A DNA stretch of 64,000 nt from Octopus vulgaris (GCA_951406725.2 OX597814.1:16926001-16990000), one strand, 5' to 3'; positions 23,116 through 37,267 are shown, numbered from the stretch's first letter. Made by a program: numbers and translations. The notes: a model not told the origin generated them from the letters alone.

Positions 23116-23463
23116 GAAGATTTCTTTGGTGAGAGAGACAAACAAAATTTTTTTTTTTATATACCAACAAAATAACAGAGTTGTGGCTATTGTTCTTCTA
23201 AACAATACCTATTTTCATCAGCAACATCAGCTTGACACTTTGAAGAAACCTTTATTAGTTCAATACCTCTGCCTCCGTCCATTATTCCCCCGTATCCCCC
23301 CTAAAATGCACTCCTGCGCTTTCTCCATCTGTAAAGTTCATCTATACTTATCTACGGTTTATGTGCTATTTATTGATGTCTGAAACTGTCTGTTTCTGTA
23401 TGTGTATATGCGCGTGTATATCTGCTAGTGTGCATATATATACATACATACACACACGACTAT

Positions 23464-23530
<67 letters not shown>

Positions 23531-25112
23531 CATACATACACACAGGAATATATATATATATATGTATATATATATGTACATATATATGCGTGTGTCTACG
23601 TGGCGTGCGTGGTGTGTGTATATATGTATTTATATTCCTTTATTTCGCTAGCTTCTTGTTTTTTACAGTTTCCTAGAACGAAAACGCTTATAAAAAGTCG
23701 TGTTAGATGATGTAAGAGAAGAATGGCTCATTGAATACCTGAAGAAGCATTCATATTTGACAATGGGATTATAAGAGGAGGATTATTTATTGGACTCACA
23801 TATTTTTTTATGAAACATAATACATTTGTATATTGTTGGTGAGTTCATATAGCGTCACGTTCAAACCTCACAGAAGAATACAAGAGTAGAAGACGTAAGA
23901 TTACATGACCTGAACTCGAAATATATTTTTCGATGTCATTCGACACTAGATTCGTGGATCGTAGATTTGTATTTTCATTATTATGGTTGTCGTATGATTA
24001 ATATCCCCGGTCGCCATTAAACTTATGCTTAAGTTCGTTGTAGTCGTGACAATCTGTCGTTATTTTTAGTCAATGTATTTTCTGAAGGTTCTTTTTAAAT
24101 TAAGAAAGTAGGTTATATTATATGAAGATTTTGTTTTTAGCAATTTCTGGCTTGGCAGAAGATCCTGGAGTGATTCACTTGCTGATGTTATGTTTTGAAG
24201 GAATGGGGAAATATATGATGACTTTTGTCGATATCAGCAAAGTAATGCAAAAGTTCTTCATTTGGAGTTTGAAACTATACTATCCGATCGATATGAAGTG
24301 ACCGGTTTTGGGCTGTTTGATGTTCAAATCCAGTGGTTACTGTTGTGTTCAATATGAGAGAGGAGTTAATGCAGGCTTCCAGAAAGGTAACCTCTGATCA
24401 AAGGGTTCACAATGCATTTACCAATTTCAATTTCAATGACAATCGAAGGCTACTGAGCTCTACCAAGATTGTGCATATTAGAACCCGCCGAATCCTTGAA
24501 ATAAATAATTTAGGCTAGAAAGGCTAGCTGCGACGTTTGTCGGAGTAAAAACACATCAGATTTTAATGCTCTGAATAACTAGAAAATAAGCTTCAAGAAT
24601 AGGAACGAAAATAATGAAAATCAACAGGAACAAGAGAAAGAACAACATACCCCCCCCCCCAGTATTTACAGTAACACCAGATAAACCTCTATTAATGGAA
24701 AAAAAAAAACTTTAGACACATAATTAGAGATAGATGAGCAAATATTTTTCGCCCTATCAGTAACAGTCTTCAGTTCCCCATCTTCACGTGTTATGCGAGA
24801 AAATAATTACAGATGAAAATTTCCAATATTTTGAAGAAAATACGAACGGAGAAGCGAGGAAGGAACAGAAAATGAAAATTCAAGACAAATCGATGGACAT
24901 ATGGAGTGATTGACAACTTTGAAGAGTTCGAAGATAAGCAAACATTCACCGTTCTTCGAAAACTATTGGTTAATACACAAAATTATACGTCTCACAAGCC
25001 ACGAATTACCCGAAAACGTAACGAAGGCACAAAAATAATTAGGTAAGTTGAAAGTGCTTTGCGATATAGGCTGCCCATAGTAGGTTTAATTTATGAGTTG
25101 TATGTTGAGATA

Positions 25113-25285
25113 TAAGCCATGCTGGAGCACCGCCTTTAGTCGAGCAAATCGACCCCAGGACTGATTCTTTGTAAGCCTAGTACTTATTCTATCGGTCTCT
25201 TTTGTCGAACCACTAAGTTACGGGGACGTAAACACACCAGCATCGGTTGTCAAGTGATGTTGGGGGGACAAACAGACACACAAAC

Positions 25286-25357
<72 letters not shown>

Positions 25358-25517
25358 GACGGGCTTCTTTCAGTTTTGGTCTACCAAATCCACTCACAAA
25401 ACTGGTCGGCCCGAGGCTATAGTAGAAGACACTTGCCCAAGGTTCCACGCAGTGGGACTGAACCCAGAACCATGTGGCTGGTAAGCAAGCTACTTATCAC
25501 ACAGCCAATCCTGCGCT
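25113..25517 (-). mobile_element. SINE family B
   Basis: Reverse-complement match including internal (CA)/(TA) tract. Confidence 0.85.
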
Positions 25518-25598
25518 TCATGTTTTTTTGTTATTTTTTGCTTTCATATCTCCCACTATTCTTACATCAGTCGCTAGTACTTGTATGGATTCTTTATG

Positions 25599-25668
<70 letters not shown>

Positions 25669-25679
25669 CAATAATAATT

Positions 25680-25825
25680 GCCCTGATGCTGTACAAGGCA
25701 GTGGCTCCCATGGCTTCTGATCTTAACTGGTTGAAAGTGTTATCATGTACATTGTATTGTCTTGGTATGAAAGATATTCTCCTCAATACCACAGATTTGC
25801 TTGTCATTTGTTTGACCTTAACCAG
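25680..25825 (+). mobile_element. Fragment of the same LINE 3'UTR as ~26285-26435, opposite orientation
   Basis: GGCAGTGGCTCCCATGGCTTC...TCAATACCACAGATTTGCTT...TTTGACCTTAACCAGT matches the minus strand of ~26285-26435. Confidence 0.7.
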
Positions 25826-25899
25826 TCGTCGTCATCCTCGTCCTCCTCCTCTTCCACCTCCTTCTGCTCCTCCTCCTCCTCATCATCATCATCATCATT

Positions 25900-26745
25900 T
25901 TTGAGTGAGAGAGTAGTGCCTGCCGTCAAACTGACACTGGAGTAAAATATACGAAGCCCAGTATACCCATCATGATTACCAGTCTGACACTAGGCACATG
26001 CATCACAACCATATGTGCGCGACATGGTGATTACATATCAAGATAAACAGCGAATGACCTTGCAGGTGCGGCCTAGTTAGAATTTTCTTTAGGTTGAGTG
26101 GCCCATCCCACTCAAAAGATACCCAAATAAGGAGTGTTTAAGGATGTTGAACAATACACCCATGTTTCCAAAGTTGAATTATCCAAATCGCAAAGAATTC
26201 CTCTTAACACATGGCTATGATGCTCTTCCTCTACTTCTGCTCGTAAATGGAGATGCGCATATCGTCAACCACTAAAAACATGCTCAACTGGTTAAGGTCA
26301 AACAACTGATAAGCAAATCTGTGGTATTGAGCAGAATATTTGCTGTAGCCCATCTTTTATAACAAGACAAAACAATGTACATGATAAGACTTCCAATAAG
26401 TTAAGATAGGAAGCCATGGGAGCCATTGCCTGGTACGCCCACAGCCAACCGACTAAAGTGTCACATGTTTACCGACCCTTTTTAAAGAACCTTGCAAGAT
26501 AATTTTTGCAGTTCCAAGCAATGCAGATTTTTTGTAGGTGTCTACCTTTACATTCGTACCAGTCTTTTTCAGGCATATTGTTGGTTAAGTAATCATACTT
26601 CCAAGTGCACCAGTTACCGTTGCCATCACATCTTCTCTCCTCGTTGTCAACGACCTTTGTATTTCCCATTTCAAATTGTCATAGCTGTTCAGATTTTCTC
26701 CTTTCTCTTTGATCATGTTGTCACTGAGACATACTATGTCGATTA
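25900..26745 (-). mobile_element. R4/Dong-like 3' end (decayed RLE terminus plus long 3'UTR)
   Basis: Minus-strand remnants YDNLKWEIQR, GALGS, LQK..LLGTAK; followed by UTR shared with 22580-22690. Confidence 0.6.
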
Positions 26746-26749
26746 TCAT

Positions 26750-26988
26750 GCTTCTTCTTCTTCTTCTTCTTCTTCTTCTTCTTCTTCTTCTTCTTCTTCT
26801 TCTTCTTCTTCTTCTTCTTCTTCTTCTTCTTCTTCTTCTTCTTCTTCTTCTTCTTCTTCTTCTCCTCCTCCTCCTTCTTCTTCTCCTCCTTCTTCTTCTT
26901 CTCCTCCTTCTTCATCATCTTCATCATCGTCATCATCGTCATCGTCATCGTCATCATCATCATCATCATCATCATTCTCATCATCATT

Positions 26989-27023
<35 letters not shown>

Positions 27024-27045
27024 TATTGTTATTATTATTATCATC
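26750..27045. repeat. (TTC)n-(TCC)-(TCA)n compound microsatellite
   Basis: Direct reading. Confidence 0.95.
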
Positions 27046-27426
27046 AGTCGTATTAACTCTAAGCTTTCAGACACCTAATGGCTTGAAATACTTAATTCAA
27101 ACATAAATATCCATAATATTGTTAAAACAACAAAAGCAACAATTTTCTAAAATCGACATAATTGACATTATAGAATGCAGTACAATATTGCGACGTATTA
27201 ATATATAATTATACTAACTGACCATGTGCCGTCAAAAATGAAGGCTGATTGTTGTATTTTATATATGAATAAGGTACAAAATAATCACAGATACAAGAAT
27301 TCACATACTTCCTTTGTACATGCACATACATACACACATATACTCACACAGAGTTGAAACGATGTTTGATTTTTCTTTTCAGCATTGAATGTTCACTATC
27401 TAACATACACACATACACGCGTGCGA

Positions 27427-27485
<59 letters not shown>

Positions 27486-27579
27486 CACACAGACATGTGC
27501 ATTAGTTCGTAGATGACAATAAGAAATAGCCAAAGAAACACAACTATTCTAAGGATCGAAGAAACACGACAAATAATCC

Positions 27580-27794
27580 TTACTCTTTTACTTTTTTCAG
27601 TCGTTTGACTGCGGTCATGCTGGTGCACCGCCTTTAATCGAGCAAATCGACCCCAGGACTTATTCTATCGGTTTATTTTGCCGAACCGCTAAGTTACGAG
27701 GAGGTAAACACCAGCATCGGTTGTTAAGCGATATTGGGGGGACAAACACAGAAATACAAACACACACAGATATATATATATTCATATATATATA

Positions 27795-27865
<71 letters not shown>

Positions 27866-28028
27866 GACAAGCTTCTTTCAGTTTCCGTCTACCAAATCCA
27901 CTTACAAGGCTTTGGTCGGCCCGCGGCTATTGTAGAAGACACTTGCTCAAGTTGCCACTCAATGGGACTGAACCTGGAACCATGTGGTTGGTAAGCAAGC
28001 TACTTACCACGCAGCCACTCCTGCGCCT
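27580..28028 (-). mobile_element. SINE family B with expanded internal (TA)n
   Basis: Ends in CAGCCACTCCTGCGCC; tail TACTCTTTTAC. Confidence 0.85.
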
Positions 28029-28536
28029 AAAACATATTTTAAGAGGATCTTATTATAAACGGTAGCATTTTGACATGTAAAAAAGGATGCATTAAAACAA
28101 CAAATCAAAAACAAAGATACATGTAGAAAAATGCCGATATGGGAACCATAACGAAAGTGTGTACATTAAGAATACAGTCGTGCAAGGGAGTGTGGGGAGA
28201 AATTTTCAAAAGAAATTATCATGAATTCTGATATTATGTTTTGTGACACTGCGATATTTGAAACAATGCTCTATTGAAAAATAACTGCAATAGGGACCAA
28301 GAGATAACAGCGGAAGCGAGAGAAAAGACAATCCGGAACATTGTAAAGAAATTGCTGGCCGTTGTACAAGCGAAATCGAAATAGAAATAGTAAAACGTAG
28401 AGATGATATGGTTGCAATAGGGTGTAACAGAGGAATAGTAGAGTGTGTAGTTGAATGAATGTGACAGTCAATGGTGAACTTAATGCATATACATATACAC
28501 ACACACACACACATACAAATATATGTGTGTGCGTTA

Positions 28537-28572
<36 letters not shown>

Positions 28573-28660
28573 TGTGTGTGTGCGTGTATGTATGTGAGTA
28601 TTTCGTTTTTGTATTTGGCTTGCAAGATTGTTTATATGAACTCGTGTGTTGAAGCATATT

Positions 28661-28851
28661 TTATTGTGTCTGGGGAGAATCATTCTCTTTTAGTGCCTTA
28701 TTAATTTAACACCCTCACTGGTCCGATTTCTACTAATTTTCTTATTTGTTTATTTTTAGTATAAATAACATAAATAACTAAATGAGTGGAAATCGGACCG
28801 GTGAGAGTGTTAAATTAATAAGGCACTAAAAGAGAATGACTCTCCCCATAC

Positions 28852-28858
<7 letters not shown>
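28661..28858. repeat. Inverted repeat, ~78-bp arms
   Basis: TTATTGTGTCTGGGGAGAATCATTCTCTTTTAGTGCC...GGTCCGATTTC vs GAAATCGGACC...GGCACTAAAAGAGAATGACTCTCCCCATACACAATAA. Confidence 0.9.
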
Positions 28859-28906
<48 letters not shown>

Positions 28907-28936
28907 TATATTATATTATATTATATTATATTATAT

Positions 28937-29004
<68 letters not shown>

Positions 29005-29349
29005 CTATGTATCTATGTATGTATGTGTGTATGTATATGGCGAAATGACATGAAAGAAAGATAAGCAGTAGGGAAGGGGAAAATAGAAGTGGGGGAGAGG
29101 GAGAAGAGAAACGAAACATGATCAAGAGCGAAGTGATGGCTGAGAAAAACGAGAAGAAAATTGTATAAGAAAGAAGAGACGAGCAAAAAATTACATTAGG
29201 CATTTGTGAAGGAAGATATGATAAAAAAAATTATGGAGTTACTCAGTGCAGAAACGCGTCTAATATCAGTGATGTCACAATCAACAACACCTTAAATGAT
29301 ATCACACCATCAACAAAAGCAACAAAAACAACAATAATAAAATATAGTA

Positions 29350-30110
29350 GTGATTTCAAATTTGAGCCTAACCCTGTAGTTATGGCTGGTGCTGTTAGTC
29401 ATATATATCGCTTCTGTACTCGACTGATACTTATTTTATCAACCATGAAATGTTGAAAGGCAAGTCGACCTCAACTGAATTTGAACTCAGAACTTATAAC
29501 CCGGAGGAAATGCCATTAAAAAATAATGGTTTCTGATGTAGCCTCAACTACAACAATTATAAGGGAAGCGAGTTAGTCAATAGCATTGGCATCAGTACCC
29601 GGTTGGCTCATTATTGATTTAGAAGGGATGAAATGCTAAGATGGTCTTGATGTGGTGCGAAGCCTGATCGTAAAGAGCAAGAACTATGTACTGGAAGATA
29701 TTGTGTCTCATTTTATCCAATGGTTCAACCATTTATAACTGATAATCATTTCTAACGTAGTGGCAAGTCCTTGTATTTTAGAAGTGGTGTGTCAATTGAA
29801 TCGACGACAACACTTCATTGGTACTATATTTTAGAATACCTGAAGAGATTAAAAATAAATTTCACCTCTGCAGTTTTTGAAAACTTTGCATAAAATGTCA
29901 AAATGAATTACCATGATGTGATATTTATAATGCGCTAATAATCCTGTCAATCCACCGCCCATCAAATCAAAGTCTTTTCTTATTAAAGTTAAGGTCAGCA
30001 ATTGTGTGCGAGTGGATTACTCGAAACCATCGACCCTGGTACTTAGGCTTTGTTTCACTGATTCCGTAAAGATAAAAGATAAAGTTAAACCCCAATGGAA
30101 TTTGGACTCA
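29350..30110 (-). mobile_element. Old, degenerate tandem SINE family A copies
   Basis: Repeated decayed cores (GAAAGGCAAGTCGACCTC...GAATTTGAACTCAG). Confidence 0.55.
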
Positions 30111-30522
30111 ATAATTTCTCTGTTGCACACAGCAGCGATAGCTGAAACGATTTTACAAGGACAAGTTATAAAATGGGCGTTTTTTTCAAAAAATCGATTA
30201 TGATACAAATATTCACGGAAACCAGCTCTATAAAAATGAATGAAACGGTCCCAATATGCTGCACTGGAGTTTCATTTAGGCTCCGTGTGATCGGGTTGCA
30301 CTGATATTTTTAACTAAACAAATTAAGATTTGCTAATCAGCCTTGTATATATTTTATTCACTTCACTTAACGATTACACACACGCTAGAAACCTGTGACT
30401 TTACGATTTAAAAAAAAAAACATGTTTATGATTATTTTACAAATTTATGTATCTATGACGCTTGGTTCTACATCTTGTTATTCTGTTGGCATCCAGAAAA
30501 TTAAGACAAATTTTGCAGAACT

Positions 30523-30678
30523 GTCGCTCTATTTTGTTAACGATTACCCACCATATTCTTCTACCCATGTAAAGAATGTTTAGCAAATTGTTATTTAAGT
30601 CACTCTATTTTGTTAACGATTACCCACCATATTCTTCTACCCATGTAAAGAATGTTTAGCAAATTGTTATTTAAGTCA
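30523..30678. repeat. 76-bp tandem duplication
   Basis: CTCTATTTTGTTAACGATTACCCACC... at 30527 and 30603, identical. Confidence 0.95.
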
Positions 30679-31049
30679 AGCACAAACCAGAATCTAGCTC
30701 AATAAACAATCTGTACGAAAGTGCTGCTAGGAACAGCCAATATTTTATGTAGCAAACATTAAATTTAATAGTAGAATTCAAACAGTAAACTTTCTCTACC
30801 AAACACGTATCTGATTCAGTAACCACCCTACAAATAGCACTAATCTCATAATAATTAACAAATATAAATTCTGTCTAAAAATGACAAACTTCGCACACAA
30901 GAAATATCACTCAAAAATATAATAACAGTCTAATATAAAGATATATTTGTACATTCTTAACAGACAAAGCTTCACACACCGCAAGAAGACTTGGATGCAT
31001 CTGAAAATTATAAGATGAAAATTATAAGAGCAATGACAATAAGGATTTC

Positions 31050-32050
31050 GCATTTTGGCGTAAGGCCACTCGTTTTACTGACAATTATTTTATCGAACCC
31101 GAACAATGAAAGGCAATCTCAACTTCAGCGGAATTTAAACTCAGAACGTAAAGGCGGACGAAATTTTGCAAGCATATTCTCCGGCATGCAAATGGTTCGA
31201 CTAGCTCGCCACCCTAATAACGACAATAATTTAATTCTTTCAAGACAGCGAGCTGGCAGAAACGTTAGCACGCCGGGTGAAATGCTTAGCGGTATTTCGT
31301 CTGCCGCTACGTTCTGGGTTCAAATTCCGCCGAGGTCGACTTTGCCTTTCCTTCTTTCGGGGTCGATAAATTAAGTACCAGTTACGCACTGGGTCGATAT
31401 GATCGACTTTATTCGTCTGTCTGTCCTTGTTTTTCCCCTCTGTGTTTAGCCCCTTGTGGGTAGTAAAGAAATAGGCATTTCGCCTGTCTTTACGATCTGA
31501 GTTCAAATTTCGCCGAGATCGACTTTGATTTTCATTCTTTTGGAGCCGATAAATAAGTACCAGTTGCGTACTGAGGTCGATCTAATCGACTGGCCTGTCC
31601 TCCAAAATATCGGGCCTTGTGCCTAGAGTAGAAAGGAATAATTATAATTCTTTCTATGATAGGTATCAAATTGTGGGTAATTAAGCTAGTTGATTACATC
31701 GGCCTCAGTACTTGCTTGGTACTTATTTTATCGATCCCGAAAGAACGAACGGCAAAGTTGACCTTGGCGGAATATGAAATCAGAACGTAAATGCAGACGA
31801 AATGCTGCTAAGCATATTCTCTGATGTGCTAATATTCTACCACCTCATCGCCTTTGAATTCTTCAAAATTCTGGCACAGGGTCAGCATTTTCGAGGGGAA
31901 GTGGACATCGATTACATCAACCCCCGTACTTGCTTGGTACTTATTTCATCGACCCCGAAAGGATGAAAGGCAAAAAATCTCCACCGTGGTGCCATTTGTG
32001 CTCAGAACGTAAAGAGCCGGAAGAAATGACGCGCTAACAATTCTACCAGT
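31050..32050. mobile_element. SINE family A cluster (-, + dimer, - dimer)
   Basis: - copy ~31050-31210, + copies 31245-31640, - copies ~31680-32050. Confidence 0.8.
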
Positions 32051-32064
32051 ACCTTAATAATGCA

Positions 32065-32104
<40 letters not shown>

Positions 32105-32311
32105 GGGATGATGATGAGAAGGAGGATGGTGATGAGGATGAGGATGATGATGATGATGATGTTGAAGGTGATGATGATGGTGATGATGATGATGATGAGG
32201 AGGCGGATGTTGATGATAATGATGATGATGATGTTGATGATGATGATGATGATGATGATATTGATGATGATGATGAGGAGGAGGAGGATGATAATAATAA
32301 TAATAATAATG

Positions 32312-32364
<53 letters not shown>

Positions 32365-32365
32365 C
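32065..32365. repeat. (GAT)/(GAG)/(AAT) compound microsatellite
   Basis: Direct reading. Confidence 0.95.
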
Positions 32366-32710
32366 ATAAAGCAATGACAGTCAAAGCGAAAACCTAAAAT
32401 CTATATTAACAGCACAGATGACAAAACAACAACAAAAAAATAAAAAGAATGAAAAGAAAAACACAACCAGAAGCAAGACTAGAGGCTCATCTTTTATTAT
32501 TAAGCAGCTTTGGCTAATTTTATTGTGTGACTGGTTTCCGAGGTTGATTCACCGATCAGACACAGATCAATAGAAAGATAATAACTATAGCATCAACACA
32601 TTTCATCAGAATCAATCGATCTTGCCATTGTCACTTATTTAGAAAACTCTGGAACACGGATGAAGAGAAATAAAGAGAAGAGTGGAAAGAAAGATAAGGG
32701 AGAGAGAGAA

Positions 32711-32743
<33 letters not shown>

Positions 32744-33173
32744 GAGAGGAGGAGAATGAAAAAGAATGTGAAATAAAATGAGGTGAAGAGTGAATGAGTT
32801 GGAAGCAACATTCTGTTCTGCTTGAATAATTTGGTCAGTAGTTATGTATAATAGAATAGCAGCTTCACTATACACACAAAGCACACTGATACACTGTTTA
32901 TATGTGTGGATTTATGTATATACACACATATTTATACAAACATTCATACACTCACACACATATATATACATACACACAGCCAGCCAGAAATACAGACGGA
33001 CAGAACGGACAGGTGTGTGTGTATGTGCATGCGTGTGTATGTATACAAACAAAGATAAATTTGTTAAAAGTTCTCATGTGAGGAATTTTATTTATTTACG
33101 TAGCCGCCTCTTTGTTGCTGTATGTATGTATGCATATATGTATGTGTAAGTGTTGATGTATGTATATGTGTGT

Positions 33174-33213
<40 letters not shown>

Positions 33214-33445
33214 GTATGAGAATTGGCCCTTTCAAATATTTAAATATGTTTTTGACCAAAAGTCAGAGATGATCTGTAATTCCCCAGTCAGACATCATGT
33301 AAGATACGATATATTCGATAAATTTCCTAACGATGCCATATTAATTCCTGTAAACTAGAAAATACTATACACTTCAGAAAAAGAAATATAGAAACCAATT
33401 TAGAAACTGATACATAACAAACAATGCTAGAAATTACTCACTCAC

Positions 33446-33552
33446 CATCGGGCAGTTGGGAAGCTTGAGTATAGTCCAACCGTTGCAAGCTTTAGTAAAC
33501 TCCATCCATGAACCATATTTCTAGCGCTTTAAACCCAGCCGCTTTGGAAAAC
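33446..33552 (-). other. Candidate 107-bp exon of an unidentified host transcript
   Basis: Minus strand TTTTCCAG|G acceptor and ATG|GTGAGT donor in non-repetitive DNA; all three frames have a stop, but an internal AATATGG start runs open to the donor. Confidence 0.3.
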
Positions 33553-33669
33553 CTGGAAAACTCATCTATCATGCAGAATATGTAAATATAAAACAGATTC
33601 AGGATTCAAGGAAGGAACATTAAAAGCTATTGAAAACCGAAGCTTTTCATAAATTTCAGATCTTTATAA

Positions 33670-34079
33670 CATGGTTTCAAATTTTGGTACAAGAGTAGCA
33701 ATTCCACTGAGAAGTCGCTTACATTGACATCAGCGCCCAGCCAGTATTTATTTTATCGACCCTGAAAGGATGAAAGCGAAGTCGACCTCGGCGGAATTTG
33801 AACAAAGAACATAAGGACAGACGAAACACCGCTAAGCATTTTGCCCAGTGTGCTAACGATTCTACCAGCTCACCACCTTCATTCTTCGAAATATTGGTTT
33901 CAAATTTTAGCACGAAACCAGTAATTTCGGGGGCGGAGTAAGTGGATTACATAGACCCGAGAGCTCAAATGATACTTGTTTTATCGGCCCTGAAATGATT
34001 AAGGGCAAAGTCGGCAACAACAGAATTTGAACTCAAAACATAAAGAGCCGAAATGCCTTTAAGTACTTTCCCCGGTGTC
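33670..34079 (-). mobile_element. SINE family A dimer (diverged)
   Basis: Two cores at ~33755 and ~33985. Confidence 0.7.
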
Positions 34080-34238
34080 TTCTACAAAAACGGTCTCCAG
34101 AGCTGCATCAAACGATGGGAGAAATGCGTAACTCTGGGTGGTTCCTATGTAGAAAAAGACTAATAACTGTGCCAAGTTTTGTTGCTCTACTGCTATGGGA
34201 AGTGGGTCAGGGGCATTACTTATTGAACGCCCCTCGTA
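34080..34238 (+). mobile_element. mariner transposon 3' end (transposase C-terminus plus TIR)
   Basis: FYKNGLQSCIKRWEKCVTLGGSYVEKD* then ...TTACTTATTGAACGCCCCTCG-TA. Confidence 0.85.
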
Positions 34239-34791
34239 CTAACTAAATCTTTTGTCAGTTTGATGTCAAAGCTTTTCGAAATATTAGCATAATTTCTTAC
34301 TCTCATATATTTTCGATATAACTAAATAATAAAAGTATAAAATCTGTTGAGTCAGTATTTCTAATAGCTTGCACTATAAAAAGAAATCTGCGCAGATATT
34401 AAATATCGTTGCATACCACTCAGTCTTCAGAAAATTTGGCCAGGTGTCATAAATCCCCCATTTGATTAGCAAACACTTTAAGTTACAACATGCAGTGAAT
34501 ACTTTACTTTACTGTAAGGTAATAAGCCGCATTGACCTCTGTGGTAAAGTCAACGACCATTCCATGCAGTACTTTTAAATCATTATACAACGCCATGTCA
34601 TTTCTGCCTTCATTTTAGAATGTGAAATATAGAAATGACATCATACATCTCCCCACGTTCTGATTGTAAACCGGCCCTCGAGTTTTGTCCATGTTATTAC
34701 GATTCTATTCAAGAAAACTCTCATAGGCACAGCGTAAACATTTACTATATATATATATATATATATATACCAGCAATGTACCTATGATGAT

Positions 34792-35173
34792 AGTGGAGGC
34801 GCAATGGCCCAGTGGTTAGGATCGCGGTCATAGGATCGCGGTTTCGATTCCCAGACTGGGCGTTGTGAATGTTTATTGAGCGAAAACACCTAAAAGCTCC
34901 ACGAGGCTCCGGCAGGGGATGGTGGTGATCCCTGCTGTACTCTTTCACCACAACATTCTCTCACTCTTACTTCCTGTTTCTGTTGTACCTGTATTTCAAG
35001 GGGCCGGCCTTGTCACTCTCTGTGTCACGCTGAATATCCCCGAGAACTACGTTAAGGGTACACGTGTCTGTGGAGTGCTCAGCCACTTACACGTTAATTT
35101 CACGAGCAGGCTGTTCCGTTGATTCGGATCAACCGGAACCCTCATCGTCGTAACCGACGGAGTGCTTCCATCC
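34792..35173 (+). mobile_element. SINE family C
   Basis: TSD ACCTATGATGA (34780-34790 / 35174-35184). Confidence 0.9.
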
Positions 35174-35270
35174 ACCTATGATGACTAGTGGAATCCACTA
35201 TAAACCACAGTAGCTCCAATAAAGTAAAAATGTGTAATGACCATTATTTGTAATTAATTTTATATATATA

Positions 35271-35952
35271 CTAGCTTAAGGTAACCCGCTCTACGCGCGG
35301 GTGAGAGCATGGTTGTTACTATCTGTTTCTTATCGCCACATTCTCCCTCGTTGTTTCTCTCTTCTTTCTCTCTCACTTTACCACTCACTTTCTCTTACGC
35401 GTGCACGTAAAATCACAAAAATAATTCAAAATTACTTAAAATTTTGTGAAATTTGATACTTTTTCTGGTACATTTTGACGGTTCATGATGCAAATGAAAG
35501 CTAAAATTTTGGCCTTTAACATAATGCCATTTTTACCCATGTCAACCAAATAATGCAAACAAAAAAATTAAATCTAAAAGTAGGGTAAAAGTATACTCTT
35601 TTTAAAAGTTGAACAATTTTACCCCCTTCCTTTCCAAAATCCCCCAAATTTTTACACCCACAATTAAAGATAACCGCCTGTAGCCCCAGTAGCAACACGA
35701 AACCCACCATTATTCAAACTGTCTGTCCTATAAACTCAATTTTCCCCATATTCTTCACCGTGGCAACCAAACCGTAGTTCCGAGCGACTTGCAACCCTCC
35801 TCACACCATTGCCCACTTCATTTTAACCCCCCCCCCCCGTGTAAACTTTGGCTCAAATCCGACTCCATCTACTGCCCCTTAAACCGTTCCCATCCCAAAA
35901 TGAGACAAACAACCAAGAAAACAAACAACTTTTTCGCATTTCAACTTCATAG
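35271..35952 (-). mobile_element. Non-autonomous Helitron-like element
   Basis: Minus-strand 3' end: ACCCGC-gcgtaga-GCGGGT hairpin, 9-nt spacer, CTAG|T at 35271; putative A|TC 5' end near 35952 (less certain). Confidence 0.6.
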
Positions 35953-36248
35953 ATATTGATGATGGAGGGAAGGAAGGAAGGAAAGAGAGAGGTCGAGGAA
36001 GACAGGGGGAATTTAACAAGTAGTTAGCGTGAAAAACCTCATAATCTTGAATTATGCTTGCACTGATGATTAAAAAGTGCATTACTGCAATAATTATGAA
36101 ATCACGGTGATATACAGCTAAATTATGTTTTTAAATGACTTGCTTCGAGAGTTGCATTCGGTATGATGTGTTGATTTATTTTGGTAGTTTTGACTTTAAG
36201 AGTCCCTCCTAGAGTACGACATTTATGTATAGTAAAGCCCACTATATA

Positions 36249-36290
<42 letters not shown>

Positions 36291-36434
36291 ATGCGTGTGT
36301 GTGTATGTGCATGTGTGTATGTGTGTGTATGTGTGTGTATGTATATACTTATATATATATGTATATATATGTATTTATATGTATATGTATATATGTATAT
36401 ATATATACATACATATATCTATCTATCTATCTAT

Positions 36435-36517
<83 letters not shown>

Positions 36518-36519
<2 letters not shown>

Positions 36520-36815
36520 GTACAGGACGTCACCAACAGTGCAAACAACATTAAATACGTAAGCAAACGAGTTAAATAGGTAAACAAGGAGAGAAAAAAA
36601 TCGAAAATAGGACAAGTAAACAGAGAAAGGACCCTTCATCAGTTGTCGGCTGTCTATCTACTCCACATTTCGAGCATTGAGCGACAATATGAGTCTTTAA
36701 AACAGTTGCTCTCATAAATTCCAAAATAAAATTTAGGATTTATGGAGGGTCAAAGTTGGGAACAAAAACAGGACAGTGGAGATATACATAGAAACCGAAA
36801 GAAAACAAATATGTC
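36518..36815 (-). mobile_element. Probable Penelope-like 3' tail
   Basis: Ends in (TA)n on the minus strand; contains GCTCGAAATG and CTGATGAAGGG, T-rich tail composition like 8600-8800. Confidence 0.35.
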
Positions 36816-36836
36816 TGTGTATGTTATATCGCAATT

Positions 36837-37228
36837 ATGGAGGCGCAATGGCCCAATGGTTAGGGCAGCGGACGCGCGGTCATAAGATCGCGGTTTCGAT
36901 TCCCAAACCGGGCGTTGTGAGTGTTTATTGAGCGAAAACACCTAAAAAAGCTCCACGAGGCTCCGGCAGGGGAAGGTGGTGATCCCTGCTGTACTCTTTC
37001 GCCACAGCATTCTCTCACTCTTACTTCCTGTTTCTGTTGTACCTGTATTTCAAGGGGCCGGCCTTGTCACTCTCTGTGTCACGCTGAATATCCCCGAGAA
37101 CTACGTTAAGGGTACACGTGTCTGTGGAGTGCTCAGCCACTTACACGTTAATTTCACGAGCAGGCTGTTCCGTTGATTCGGATCAACCGGAACCCTCATT
37201 GTCTTAACCGACGGAGTGCTTCCATCCA
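36837..37228 (+). mobile_element. SINE family C
   Basis: TSD TATATCGCAATT (36825-36836 / 37229-37240). Confidence 0.9.
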
Positions 37229-37267
37229 TATATCGCAATTCTATACAGTGGCTGTGTGAACTACGAA

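Noticed and set aside
36630-36680. Possible type II hammerhead on the minus strand (GCTCGAAA...CTGATGAAGGGT)
   Set aside because: Could not build convincing stems I and III.
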